DNA of 64,000 bases from an uncultured Planctomycetota bacterium (lineage in GTDB: Bacteria; Planctomycetota; Planctomycetia; Isosphaerales; Isosphaeraceae). Numbering within the stretch: the stretch's first letter is position 1; every line of letters begins with the position of its first letter. Below are positions 45,614 to 56,477 of this stretch, piece after piece. The translations under genes and the position numbers were made by a program. Below the pieces are notes generated by a model. It saw nothing but the letters and a program-made list of their open reading frames with translations, had not been told where the DNA came from and searched no databases. The stretch covers positions 224,001-288,000 of the forward strand of contig CAWJTV010000001.1 in the NCBI GenBank assembly GCA_963845755.1. The letters are read 5' to 3'.

Positions 45614-46512
45614 GTGAGGATAGAACAACACGGCTCCCGGGGGGGCTCGGCGACGCGGTACTCGAGCGGGAACGCGCGGCGTATCGCGATCTCCTCGGTC
45701 GCCACGGCGACGAAATCCGGGGTCTCGGTCAACATCAGCGGTTTGAAGCCGAAACGATCGCGGACGATGCCCAATCCTTCCGGTGCGGCGACCAGGTAGC
45801 TATAGGCCCCATCGAGATCCGCGACCGAATCGGCCATCGCCTCGACGAGGCTGCGGCCGTGCTCCAGTCGCGAGCGGAGATAGACTCCGATCACTTCGGA
45901 GTCATTGTCCGTGTAGAAGGTCACGCCCTTCTCCTCGAAGCGGCGGCGGAGCTGATGATAGTTGGTCACGTGTCCGTTGTGAACCGTCGCCATGTCGGGC
46001 ACTCCGTGCACCCAGAAGGGTTGGGAGTGGCTCAGGTCGATCCGGCTCTCCGTCGACATCCGAGTATGGCCGATGGCCAGCGGGCCGCTCCACGTGGATA
46101 GCCCATACGCCGCTTCAAGTCCGGACGGCGCACCCACGCGCTTGATCAGGTCGAGCCTGCGTCCCAGGCTCAGCACCTCCAGACCACCCCGACGCGCGCC
46201 CATGGCTCGTTCCAGGTCGTCGACAGTCACTCCGGATGCCGGCCGGAAACCAAAGCGCATCGTACCCCCGCGTCGTTCCGACGACCCGACCACGTCGCCC
46301 AACCCGGTGAGCTGCGACAGCGGCCCCTCGGAATCGGCGGCGATCCGCACCGACCAGGAGCCGTCATCGGACGAACCGTTGGAGCGGATCACGGCCGCCC
46401 CGGCGCTGTCCGGCCCACGGCACGCCAGGGCCTCGAGCATCGTCATGACGGTCCGGCCCATCCCGTCCCCGCGAGAATCGCGCCTGGCCACAACTCCGAA
46501 AATGCCGCACAT
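45611..46512 (-). CDS. mgsA: Class II glutamine amidotransferase-like subunit (N-methylglutamate synthase A / GlxB)
   Basis: MCGIFG N-terminal nucleophile, RGPDSAG, GHTRMSTES, HNGHVTNY, DNDSEV, RDRFGFKP; a one-base correction in the G7 run at 45639-45645 gives the ending PPPGAVLFYPH*. Confidence 0.85.
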
Positions 46513-46778
46513 AACAGGTCCCTTGTCGATGGATCGCGAGCGGACTGAGAAGCCATCGTCCAGGGTCGAGGGCTCTCGAAATCTCGCGCGGATCAGAACT
46601 CGGGGCACCGCGCGATTCGACAAGGGACCAGGGACCCAGGACAAGAGAAGATTTTACTGGCTCAGACGGCACTTGTCCTCCACAATTATCCTTCAGGTCG
46701 AGGACAGAGTCACCATGAACGAAGAACCGACGACCAATGCGAAATGACGAATGACAAGACGGAGGAACCAGACGGCGC

Positions 46779-48149
46779 ATGAACACCGAGAATACGCGGC
46801 TCGTGGAGCTGGAGTCCCGATTTCGCGAGGATGGGATCTCCTACTTGCTGATCCAGTTCGTGGATATCCACGGTGCGCCCAAGGTCAAGCTCGTACCGGC
46901 GACGACGATTCGCTCGGTCTCGGAAGCCGGCGCGGGCTTCGCGGGAGGTGCCGTCTGGGGGATGGGGCAGGGGCCCCACTCGCACGACATGTTCGCCCGG
47001 CCGGACCCGGACAGCTACACCCCACTCCCTTACGAGCCCGGCGTTGCGCGATTCGCCGCGGACCTCTACGTCAACGGCCGGCCTCACCCCTGCTGCCCCC
47101 GCGTGAACCTCAAGGGCGTCCTGGCCCAGCTCGCGCAGCGCGGGTATCGCTTCAACGTCGGCATCGAGCCGGAATTCTTCCTGGTGGTGAAGGGGAATGA
47201 CGGCACCCTGCGCGGCTGGGACCCCCACGCCGTCGACGATCTGGTCAAGCCGTGCTACGACTTCAAGGGGATTTCGGGTGTCTTGGGGTTCCTGCGCGCC
47301 CTCAACGACGGCCTCAACCGGCTCGGCTGGGGCGTCTACCAGTCCGACCACGAGGACGCCAACTTCCAGTACGAGGTCAATTTCCAGTACGCCGAAGCGC
47401 TCGAGACGGCCGATCGCCTGATCGCCTTCCGGATGATCGCGACCCAGTTGGCCCAGCGGGCCGGCGCGATCGCCACGTTCATGGCCAAGCCGTTCTCGAC
47501 CCGCACGGGCTCCGGCGCCCACATGCATTATCACTTGGCCGATGCCGCCAGCGGTGCCAACGTGTTTCGCGACGACTCCGATCCTCGCGGCCTGGGCCTC
47601 TCCGCCCTGGCGTATCGCTTCCTGGGCGGCATCGTCGAGCATGCGCCGGCCCTCTGCGCGGTGACGTCGCCGACGGTCAACTGCTACAAGCGACTCCAGA
47701 TGGGGCCCGCCTTGACGGGCTCGCGCTCCGGCTACACCTGGACCCCGGCCTTCATCTCCTACGGCGACAACAACCGGACGCAGATGATTCGCATCCCCGA
47801 AGGCGGACACGTCGAGGATCGCTCGATCTCGAGCGCCTTCAATCCCTATCTCGGCATCGCCGCCTATCTCGCCGCGGGCCTCGACGGCATCGAGCGCCAG
47901 CTCGACCCCGGCGAGCCCAATCTCGGCAACCTCTACACCGCCGACCTCGAGACCATGGCCCGTCGCGGCATCCGCACGCTCCCCCAGAGCCTCCCTGAGG
48001 CCCTCGCTCACTTCGAGAAGGACACCGTCATCCGGGAGAGCCTCGGACCGATCGCCGACGAGTTCCTCCGGCTCAAGAGCGACGAGTGGCGCGAATACCA
48101 CGCGCAAGTGGAGTCGTGGGAGTTGAAACGCTACTTGACGGCGCTCTAA
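46779..48149 (+). CDS. gmaS: Glutamine synthetase-like gamma-glutamylmethylamide synthetase (GlnT/GmaS)
   Basis: QFVDIHGAPKVKLVP, GAGFAG, KPCYD, GVYQSDHEDANFQYE, FMAKPF, YGDNNRT; divergent from mgsABC. Confidence 0.85.
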   Translation: MNTENTRLVELESRFREDGISYLLIQFVDIHGAPKVKLVPATTIRSVSEAGAGFAGGAVWGMGQGPHSHDMFARPDPDSYTPLPYEPGVARFAADLYVNGRPHPCCPRVNLKGVLAQLAQRGYRFNVGIEPEFFLVVKGNDGTLRGWDPHAVDDLVKPCYDFKGISGVLGFLRALNDGLNRLGWGVYQSDHEDANFQYEVNFQYAEALETADRLIAFRMIATQLAQRAGAIATFMAKPFSTRTGSGAHMHYHLADAASGANVFRDDSDPRGLGLSALAYRFLGGIVEHAPALCAVTSPTVNCYKRLQMGPALTGSRSGYTWTPAFISYGDNNRTQMIRIPEGGHVEDRSISSAFNPYLGIAAYLAAGLDGIERQLDPGEPNLGNLYTADLETMARRGIRTLPQSLPEALAHFEKDTVIRESLGPIADEFLRLKSDEWREYHAQVESWELKRYLTAL

Positions 48150-48530
48150 GTAGACAGAAGAGGCTCACTCCCCTCCGCACAATGCGATTCTCCCAAGGAT
48201 GGAACCGACCTGCCTACCATCCCGGAAATCACCCTCTCGTGTACGCCGCGCGGACGTGCCGATCCCGCGACGTCTCCTAGTTCATTCGTAGACATGCAGA
48301 ATAATTTTGCCAAAAAGAGATCACCTTATTGCAATCTGTGGCAAGCAGTGGTACTAGGTGATGATTAATCTTTCGCTTCCAAATCCGCTGAAGGGATCCT
48401 CGAGCGGTTCGTGGAGGGACTCGTCGTCGCGATCCTATTCCCTTGAGACACGAGGAATAGAGACATGCCGCCACTCGATAGCATCGTCATGCATTCTCGG
48501 TATCACCAGGGCCGAGGCGGCCTTATCGGG

Positions 48531-48731
48531 ATGTTTTCTCTGACCGGTCAAAGAAGGATCGTCTGGTGCGGATTGCTTAGCTTGGCGCTGGCGATCGTCA
48601 GCACCATGACGGGCTGCGGCGGGGGCGGGGGATCCAGCGTCACCCCCGAGCAAACGCAGAAGCAAGAGGTCGTGCAGGACAAGATGAAGGACTTCATGAA
48701 GCAGTCCAAGTTGCCCAACAGGCCTCGGTAA
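48531..48731 (+). CDS. Small lipoprotein
   Basis: Hydrophobic signal then MTGC-GGGGG; adjacent to a DUF1559 gene, a usual planctomycete pairing. Confidence 0.65.
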   Translation: MFSLTGQRRIVWCGLLSLALAIVSTMTGCGGGGGSSVTPEQTQKQEVVQDKMKDFMKQSKLPNRPR

Positions 48732-48951
48732 GGTTGTGGGCGATCACCGGCGGCCCAATGTCAAGGACTCCGGCAAGAAGGCAAAGCGACCGCAGAGGAC
48801 CAGGGTTGAGGAGAATTGGGGCTAAGGCTGGCCCCGCGGATCTGGCCGGATGCCCTCATTGCCGAGAGATCGCGACAGCACGTACCAGTCGTCATCGATC
48901 AATCGTCTCAATGTTCGGATGGGGTTCTCAATCTCATTTCAGGAGTCGACG

Positions 48952-50037
48952 ATGAAGACCAAGACGCGAGGTGGATTCACCCTGATCGAGTTATTGGTGG
49001 TCATCGCAATCATCGCGGTGCTCATCGCGCTGTTGCTCCCTGCCGTCCAGGCAGCCCGCGAGGCCGCCCGGCGTGCTCAATGTTCGAACAACCTGAAGCA
49101 GATTGGCCTGGCGCTGCACAATTACCACACCGCGACCAACGTGTTCCCGTTGTCCAACACGATTGCCTATTACCAAACTCCCGCCTCTCCGGCCAATCAG
49201 ACCTCCTGGGGCACCTGGAGCGCTCAGGCCTTGTTGCTGGGGTACATCGAGGGCCAACCGCTCTACAATGCAATCAATTTCGATTGGACGAACTGGTACG
49301 GGACCGGCGCAAACATCAACGCGACCGTATTCAATACGGACCTCGCCGTCTTCATGTGCCCGTCCGATGGCATCGCGGGCGTGAGCCACAGCATCTCCAC
49401 GAACGCCAATGGCAACAATAACTACGTCGGCTGCTACGGCACGACGACCGACGAGTGGTGCGGTGGCACTCCCAATTGCGACGGCTCGAGCACTGGAGTC
49501 TTTGCCCACTTCCAATCCTACGGCGTCCAGAACGTCACCGATGGGACCTCGAACACTCTTGCATTCTCGGAGACCCTCGTCTCTGATAACACGCATTTCA
49601 CGGCTTATCGAGACGGCCTGGCGGCCTCGGCCGCCGGAGGCCCGGCCTCGAACATCAACAACGCCTTCTCGAACCCCCAGGCGATCATCGCCGATCTCCA
49701 GACCTGCTCAGCGTGGTTCCAGCAGCAGCAAAACCCGCCCTGGTCCGACGACAAGGGCTTTCGCTGGGGCACCGGTTCACCCGGGGTCACGCTGTTCAAT
49801 TCGATCGTGCCACCCAACTCTCAGTTGTATAAGTGGGCCGGCTGCCGCTTTAGCTGCGGAGGCTGCGGTTTCGAGTTCGGCAGCTACGAGAACGTTTCCA
49901 GCAATCACCCCGGCGGTTGCAACTGCATGATGACAGACGGTAGCGTGCGCTTCGTCAAGAGCTCGATTGACATGATGACCTGGTGGAGACTGGGGACCAA
50001 GGCCGGCGGCGAGATCGTCTCCTCCGATTCCTACTGA
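48952..50037 (+). CDS. DUF1559 prepilin-type N-terminal cleavage/methylation protein
   Basis: GFTLIELLVVIAIIAVLIALLLPAVQAAREAARRAQCSNNLKQ, DGTSNT, HPGGCNCMMTDGSVRF. Confidence 0.97.
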   Translation: MKTKTRGGFTLIELLVVIAIIAVLIALLLPAVQAAREAARRAQCSNNLKQIGLALHNYHTATNVFPLSNTIAYYQTPASPANQTSWGTWSAQALLLGYIEGQPLYNAINFDWTNWYGTGANINATVFNTDLAVFMCPSDGIAGVSHSISTNANGNNNYVGCYGTTTDEWCGGTPNCDGSSTGVFAHFQSYGVQNVTDGTSNTLAFSETLVSDNTHFTAYRDGLAASAAGGPASNINNAFSNPQAIIADLQTCSAWFQQQQNPPWSDDKGFRWGTGSPGVTLFNSIVPPNSQLYKWAGCRFSCGGCGFEFGSYENVSSNHPGGCNCMMTDGSVRFVKSSIDMMTWWRLGTKAGGEIVSSDSY

Positions 50038-50104
50038 GTAGGCTTCGCGGGCGGTCTGGCAGGGGGGGAGACCAACGCTCCAGCCCGGACCGCCCGACGG
50101 CTCC

Positions 50105-52078
50105 ATGACCACGACGACTCCCGCGGAACGGATGGCTTTCTTGCCGGGACCAGCCCGAGGTCCGGCGTGCGCCGCGCCGTCTCGGTCCGCTCGGAGTCTG
50201 GGCTTTGTCGGCCTGGTGCGGCCTGGCCGCGGGCTGGCTCGAAGTGGGAACACGGCTGCTATGCCGGAGCTTTGACTCCACGAACCGGCTCTACCTGATG
50301 AGCCGGCATTTTGTCTGGCTGGCCCCGCTGGCGAACCTGCTCCTCTTTGCGTTCGTGGGAGTCCTGCTGGCGGCGGCCACGAAGCTCTGCCCTAGGACAG
50401 GAGGCTGGATCAGCCTCCGACTCCTCTTGGCCGCCACCATTATGCCGGCGCTTCTCGTGGCGAGCCGTCAGATCTACACGGTCGCTTGGGTGCTCCTGGC
50501 GCTGGGGATCGCCGTACTAGTGGCTCCGCGATTCGAGCGACCGACGACCCGGTGGAAGCGCGGGCTGATCGGCAGTTTTCCGGCTTTGCTGGGATTGGTC
50601 GGGATCGTGGCGGGTGTCATCCTCGCGGGAGACCGCTTCGCCCATTGGCGCGAAGCCGGCCGGCCCCTGCCTCCGGCCGATGCGCCGAACGTGCTCGTGA
50701 TCGTGCTGGATACGGTGCGCGCGGATCACTTGAGTCTCTACGGCTATCCCCGCCCCACCAGCCCGACCCTGATGCGGCTCGCCGAACGCGGTATTCGCTT
50801 TGACGAGGCGCGCGCCACGGCACCCTGGACACTCCCGTCGCACGCCAGTATGTTCACCGGCCGGTGGCCCTATGAGCTGGGTGTCCAGTGGATGACACCG
50901 CTGCGCAATCACTTCCCGACTCTCGCCGAATACCTCGGGGCTCGGGGTTATGCCACTGCGGGCTTCGTCGCCAATACCATGTACTGTTCTTCCGAAACCG
51001 GGTTGGACCACGGCTTTACTCATTACGAAGACTATGTGCTGAATTGGGAGCGACTCCAGCCTCTGCGGACGGCGTTACTCGTGGACTGCGCTGGGCCGCG
51101 GCTGCCAGTTTCGGGCTGTCGGTGAGCCGGAATGTCAATGCAGGGCCCTTCCGCCCCTGGCTCGAATCAACGATGCGGTGGCTTCTGGATACGGGTCGCA
51201 AGAATGCCGACTCGATCAATCGCGCATTCCTGAACTGGCTATCCCACCGGCGAGAGCCGCGTCGTCCCTTCTTCGCCTTCCTCAATTACTTCGATGCCCA
51301 TTCCCCCTATCTCCCACCGGCGGGGACGGCGTTCCGATTCGGACTCGAGCCCCGGACCGACGCGGATTTCATCCTGCTCAACGAACTTTGGACCACCGTC
51401 GACAAGATCCGTTTGGCCCCACACTACCGGCTCCTCGCTCGAGACTCCTATGACAACTGTCTCGCCTATCTGGACGAGCGGTTGGGCGAGTTGTTCGATG
51501 CCTTGCAGCGCAGCGGGGTGCTCGATCGAACCCTGGTCGTCGTCGTCGCCGACCATGGCGAGGAACTGGGGGAGCACGCTCTATTCGATCATGGTGAGAG
51601 TCTTTATCGCCCGGAAATCCGCGTGCCGCTCCTGGTTGTCCTGCCGGCAGGGACCCAAGTGTCGGGGGTCGTGAAAGAATGCGTTAGTCTACGCGATCTG
51701 CCCGCGACCATCGTCGACCTACTCAGCCTGGCCGACAGCTCGCCGTTTCCAGGCCGGTCGCTGGCCAAACTCTGGCGTCCCCATGTCAGGGAAGATACTC
51801 CGGCAGACGGGGCGATCTCCGAGCTTTCAGGGCCAAACCCCTCCTTACCCAGCCAAGGGCGGTCGCCCGCTGCTCGCGGTCCGCTGACCTCGGTGGCCGA
51901 AGGGGAATTCGTTTACATCCGCAACGAAGGGGATGGCACCGAAGAGTTGTTTCACGAGCGCGACGACCCGCTCGAGCTGCGCAACCGGGCCCGGGACGAG
52001 ACGATGGAGCCCGTCCTGAAGCAACTGCGGCAACATCTCAACCGCGCGCGAGCCGGTTCTTCTCCAGCCGGCCGCTGA
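50105..52078 (+). CDS. Membrane-anchored sulfatase-like hydrolase/transferase (frameshifts ~50172 and ~51091)
   Basis: N-terminal TMs, PNVLVIVLDTVRADH, WTLPSHASMFTG, NYFDAHSPY, ADHGE. Confidence 0.85.
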
Positions 52079-52255
52079 ACCCGATTTCCGATTCTGGGCA
52101 CCTGATGGACAGCCAAGAGGCACGAGCCGCGCCAGGTCGCGTCTTCAGAGTCGAAATGCGGCAGGACGGCTCTTTGAGCGGATGAGAGGACGTTCGAACG
52201 AACCAGACTTTGGTATGCTGGATCGAACAACCCAAAAGCCCGAGGAGCACATGCC

Positions 52256-52858
52256 ATGGCTTATGCCGATTTCGACTTGAGGACGGTCATGGAGAAATTC
52301 GAGCTGACGAGAAACGAGGACGTCGCCCTCTTTGAAAAGATCGAGCCGCTCGAACCCAGCGATGTCCTGCGAGGTTGGCTCGACGAGTTCGCTCCCGTCG
52401 CGCTCGGGATCAACACGGAGCGGGCTCGTCGTGAGTACATCATCGCACCGATCATGGGCGAAGCAAAGCGACGCTCGCACAGGAAGATCAATGTCTTTCC
52501 CGGTGTGACCTTCAACGTTGATCAGGCGCGGGGACTGACCGGCGTTTGCGATTACTTGATCGCTCAGTCGCCGGAAGTCTTCTTCGTGGAGGCGCCCATC
52601 CTCGCGGTCGTCGAGGCCAAGAAGGAGGACATCCCGTCGGGACTCGGTCAATGTATCGCCGAGATGGTGGCGATCCAGATCTTCAACGAAAAGTACGGGA
52701 GGACCATACCAGTCGCTTACGGTTGCGTGACGAGCGGGAGCCACTGGCGATTCCTCAATTTGAAGGAAAAGGAACTTTTCATAGACCGCTGGGAGTATTA
52801 TCTAGATGACGTGGCCAAGATCTTAGGGATCCTGGTCACCATCGCGCGCGGTGATTGA
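52256..52858 (+). CDS. Hypothetical PD-(D/E)XK-like protein (resembles HsdR N-terminal-like domains)
   Basis: E..R..II.P, GVCDYLI, VVEAKK, GLGQC.AEM, GCVTSG..W.F pattern; GAGGAG RBS. Confidence 0.7.
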   Translation: MAYADFDLRTVMEKFELTRNEDVALFEKIEPLEPSDVLRGWLDEFAPVALGINTERARREYIIAPIMGEAKRRSHRKINVFPGVTFNVDQARGLTGVCDYLIAQSPEVFFVEAPILAVVEAKKEDIPSGLGQCIAEMVAIQIFNEKYGRTIPVAYGCVTSGSHWRFLNLKEKELFIDRWEYYLDDVAKILGILVTIARGD

Positions 52859-52915
52859 GAACAAGAACGAACCGGGTGATTCGGAACAGGACTCGAACCA
52901 TGGATCGAATTCGTC

Positions 52916-54127
52916 ATGGAAACGATTGAAGCCAAGAACGTGATCGTCGGCGCCGGCGCGATGGGTTCGGCGGCGGCGTACCATTTGGCGAAGCAGGGCG
53001 AGCCGGTCGTACTGATCGAGCAATTCGCCCTGGGTCACGACCGGGGCAGCTCGCACGGTGCGGCGCGAATCACTCGCCACTCGTACGCCGACGCGCGATA
53101 CGCCCGGCTCATGCCGGCGGCGTTCCGCGCCTGGAGGGAGCTCGAAGCCGACGCGGGCGAGGCCCTTTATATTCGCACCGGCGGCGTCTCGTTCTCCCCG
53201 TCCGGCGTGGACTACGCGGCCCGGGTCGCGATGAGTCTCCGGGAGCTCGACGTGCCCCACTGGCGGACCTCCGGCCGGGAATGGAACCGGCGACGGCCGG
53301 CGTTCGGCCTGCCCGACGATTACGATGTGGTCTTCGAGCCCGACGCGGGGATGGTCGCAGCATCGCGCGCCCTCGCGGTCCAGGTCGAGCTCGCCCGATC
53401 ACTCGGTGGCGAACGGACCCGGGTCATCGAGCGGACTCCCGTGCGGCGGATCGACCTCGATGGGCCCCAGCCGGTCGTGGTGACCGACCTGTCGCGGATC
53501 GTCGCCGAACGGCTGATCGTCTCGGCCGGCGCGTGGGTCAAGCGGCTACTGCCTGGCCTCCCGGTCCCGCTCACGTCCACTCGCCAGCAGGTCCTTTACT
53601 TCCGCCCCGGTGACCGAACACCCTTCCAGATCGGCCGCTTCCCGGTCTTCATCTTCATGCCGGCCGCTGATCAGGACGTGTACTACGGCATGCCCGAGTT
53701 TCTGGGCCTGGGCGTGAAGGTCGCGCGGCACGCCGGCCCCGAGATCGACCCCGATCTCGACGATCGGACCGTCGGCGAGGAGTACCGATCGATCGTCCGG
53801 CACTTCCTCCACGGCCACATCCCCCTCCTGGCTGACGCGCCGATCGACCTCACCGAGGTCTGCCTGTATACCGTGGCCCCCGAGGAGCAATTTCAGCTCG
53901 ACTTCCTGCCGGGCCGGTCGGATGTCATCGTGGCCAGCCCGTGCAGCGGGCATGGCTTCAAGTTCTCATGCCTGATCGGCCGCGTCCTGGCCGACCTGGC
54001 CATCACAGGGACGAGCGGGCTGGCGATGGAAACCTGGCGGATCCGCGAGGCGCCACCCCTCTCCCCCGCGCCCTGCCTTGAACGGCGAGGGCTCGGTACC
54101 GTAGAACGATGGACCCATGACCGATGA
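52916..54127 (+). CDS. solA: N-methyl-L-tryptophan oxidase / monomeric sarcosine oxidase
   Basis: GAGAMGSA, HDRGSSHGAARITR, CLYT, SPCSGHGFKF. Confidence 0.88.
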   Translation: METIEAKNVIVGAGAMGSAAAYHLAKQGEPVVLIEQFALGHDRGSSHGAARITRHSYADARYARLMPAAFRAWRELEADAGEALYIRTGGVSFSPSGVDYAARVAMSLRELDVPHWRTSGREWNRRRPAFGLPDDYDVVFEPDAGMVAASRALAVQVELARSLGGERTRVIERTPVRRIDLDGPQPVVVTDLSRIVAERLIVSAGAWVKRLLPGLPVPLTSTRQQVLYFRPGDRTPFQIGRFPVFIFMPAADQDVYYGMPEFLGLGVKVARHAGPEIDPDLDDRTVGEEYRSIVRHFLHGHIPLLADAPIDLTEVCLYTVAPEEQFQLDFLPGRSDVIVASPCSGHGFKFSCLIGRVLADLAITGTSGLAMETWRIREAPPLSPAPCLERRGLGTVERWTHDR

Positions 54128-54139
54128 CGAGGAGGCCGG

Positions 54140-55381
54140 ATGCCCTTACGCCTGTTGCGATTCGCGTTGAGCAAGACCTATCCCGAGCCGCGAATGTTCC
54201 GCCGGCCCGAGCGGCTCAAGGACCGTTACGACGCGGTGATCATCGGCGCTGGTGGGCACGGGCTGGCCGCGGCGTACCACCTGGCGGGCGACTACGGCAT
54301 GACCGACGTCGCGGTGCTCGATCGGGGTTACATCGGCGGGGGCAACACCGGCCGGAACACGGCGATCGTCCGTTCCAACTACCTCACCGTCGAGGGCGTG
54401 AAATTCTACGACGAGAGCGTGCGGCTCTTCTCCAGGCTCTCGCAGGAGCTCGACTACAACCTGTTCTACTCGGAGCGTGGCCATTTCACGCTGGCCCACA
54501 CGACGGCCACCCTGCGCACCATGCGGTGGCGGGCTGAAGTCAACAAGCACCTGGGCGTCAACAGCTCCGTGATCACGCCCGAGGAGATCCACCGGCTCTG
54601 TCCGACGATCGACCTGTCCTGCGGCGGCCACGCCCCGATCGTGGGCGCGTTGTACCACCCGCCGGGCGCGGTCGTGCGGCACGATGCCGTCGCCTGGTCC
54701 TATGCGCGGGCCGCCGATCGGCTCGGTGTCGAGATCCACCAGAAGACCGCCGTCACCGGCATCGACGTCCGGGATGGACAGGTCGTCGGCGTCCAGACCG
54801 ACCGGGGTCCCATCAAGACCAGCCGGGTGCTCTCGGCCGTGGCCGGATACACCCCGCGAATCACCCGCATGGTCGGCCTGCGCACGCCGCTGGTCATCCA
54901 TCCCCTCCAGGCCTGCGTCACCGAGCCGCTCAAGCCCTGGCTCGACCAGATCGTCGTCTCCGCGAACCTGCACATTTACGTGAGCCAATCCGCTCGGGGT
55001 GAGCTGGTCATGGGGGCCGCGCTGGACCCCTACGAGCTCCACTCCGAGCGCTCGACGCTCGACTTCGTCGAGGGCCTGGCCGATCACCTGCTCGACCTCT
55101 TCCCGTTCCTCTCGGATCTGAAGGTCAATCGCCAGTGGTCGGGCATGTCGGACATGACGCCCGACTTCTCGCCGATCCTGGGGACCACGCCGATCCGGGG
55201 CTTCTACCTCGACACCGGCTGGGGGACCTGGGGCTTCAAGGCCACCCCGGTCTGCGGCACCACCATGGCCTACACCCTGGCCAAGGACCAGGACCATGAG
55301 TTGATCCGCCCGTTCAACCTCGCGCGGTTCGGGAATTACGAGCTCGTCGGCGAGAAGGGCGCCGCCTCGGTGGGACACTGA
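54140..55381 (+). CDS. soxB: Heterotetrameric sarcosine oxidase beta-type subunit (SoxB / N-methylglutamate dehydrogenase A)
   Basis: GAGGHGLAAAY, GGGNTGRNTAIVRSNY, RHDAVAW, DMTPDFSPILG, GWGTWGFKATP, EKGAASVGH. Confidence 0.92.
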   Translation: MPLRLLRFALSKTYPEPRMFRRPERLKDRYDAVIIGAGGHGLAAAYHLAGDYGMTDVAVLDRGYIGGGNTGRNTAIVRSNYLTVEGVKFYDESVRLFSRLSQELDYNLFYSERGHFTLAHTTATLRTMRWRAEVNKHLGVNSSVITPEEIHRLCPTIDLSCGGHAPIVGALYHPPGAVVRHDAVAWSYARAADRLGVEIHQKTAVTGIDVRDGQVVGVQTDRGPIKTSRVLSAVAGYTPRITRMVGLRTPLVIHPLQACVTEPLKPWLDQIVVSANLHIYVSQSARGELVMGAALDPYELHSERSTLDFVEGLADHLLDLFPFLSDLKVNRQWSGMSDMTPDFSPILGTTPIRGFYLDTGWGTWGFKATPVCGTTMAYTLAKDQDHELIRPFNLARFGNYELVGEKGAASVGH

Positions 55382-55458
55382 ATCCGATAATCCTCACTCT
55401 TTCACCTCCAGAACCCCGGTGGTAAGATGCAACGGTATTCTTGAGAATGAGGTCTGGA

Positions 55459-55679
55459 ATGGTTACTAGGGGACAGGTCAAGAACGGCGTCGTCGTACTT
55501 GCCAACGGCGTGCGGCTGCCGGAAGGCCAAGAAGTGACCGTGTTGCGCCCGGTGTATGGCCAACCATCGCGCGGCCACATAGCATCCTGGACATCGCTCC
55601 GGTGAGCGTGGGCGCTGTTCTGCGCCCGTTGACAGCCGAGGACGACGTGCTCGGCGAAATGCTGGAAGGCCGGTCATGA
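55459..55679 (+). CDS. Putative antitoxin (DUF104-like), frameshift near 55545
   Basis: MVTRGQVKNGVVVL..LPEGQEVTV; restoring one G gives ...HSILDIAPVSVG..EMLEGRS* with ATGA overlap onto the PIN gene. Confidence 0.7.
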
Positions 55680-56127
55680 TTCATGGACTGGACACCGGCT
55701 TCCTGGTCGCGGCCGAGGTGAGAGAGCACGCCGAACACGCCGACGCCCGGGACACGCTGGCCCGGTTGCTATCGGCGGGCGACCTCATCGCAATGGCCCC
55801 ACAAGTCCTGGCCGAGTTCATCCATATCGTCACCGACCCCCGTCGTTTCGCACAGCCGCTCGACATGACGGCCGCCCGGCAGCTCGCCGAGCAATGGTGG
55901 ACGGCACGTGAGGTCGTGCGCGTGTTCCCCGACAACGCCGCGACCCGGCAGTTTCTCGCCTGGTTGCAACAATTCTCCCTGGGCGCAAGCGGCTGCTGGA
56001 CACGCTGCTGGCCGCGACCTACCGACAGGCTAGCATCCAATCCCTCCTCACCACCAATCCCTCCGACTTCACCGTGCTCGGTGCCTTTACCTGCATCACG
56101 CCGAAGACATCCGCCACGAATCCTTGA
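55676..56127 (+). CDS. vapC: PIN-domain (VapC-like) toxin, frameshift near 55983
   Basis: LDTGFLV, QVLAEF, restored GRKRLLDTLLAAT..LLTTNPSDF; stop TGA at 56125-56127. Confidence 0.8.
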
Positions 56128-56247
56128 TCCTATGCGCGGGCCGCCGATCGGCTCGGTGTCGAGATCCACCAGAAGACCGCCGTTACCGGCATCGACGTCC
56201 GGGATGGACAGGTCGTCGGCATCCAGACCGACCGGCGTCCCATCAAG
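56128..56247 (+). repeat. Duplicated internal fragment of soxB (copy of 54698-54817)
   Basis: 120 bp, 3 mismatches by direct comparison. Confidence 0.95.
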
Positions 56248-56477
56248 GAGAGTGACAGTCGTTCAGCAGCGAACCGGGTGCGGCAGCAGGAACGCCGATC
56301 CAGCCGCCATAGGGCCGGAGGTAACCCCCGAGGGGGCGTCCATGTCGTCGGACCGAAGTGCGCAATTGGATTGTACCCACGAGGCGGGAAGACTCGCGGG
56401 CCCCATGGCCCAGGTCGCAGGGCTCGGCTATGCTGGAGACTCCCGAAACCACCGCGAGATTCAGCGAGAGGAATGCC

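Noticed and set aside
50815..50860. Classical formylglycine sulfatase
   Set aside because: The motif is TLPSH and not (C/S)xPxR, so it is called only sulfatase-like
7122..56127. Widespread pseudogenisation
   Set aside because: Each break is a single base with no in-frame stops or decay, and nearly all share one sequence motif
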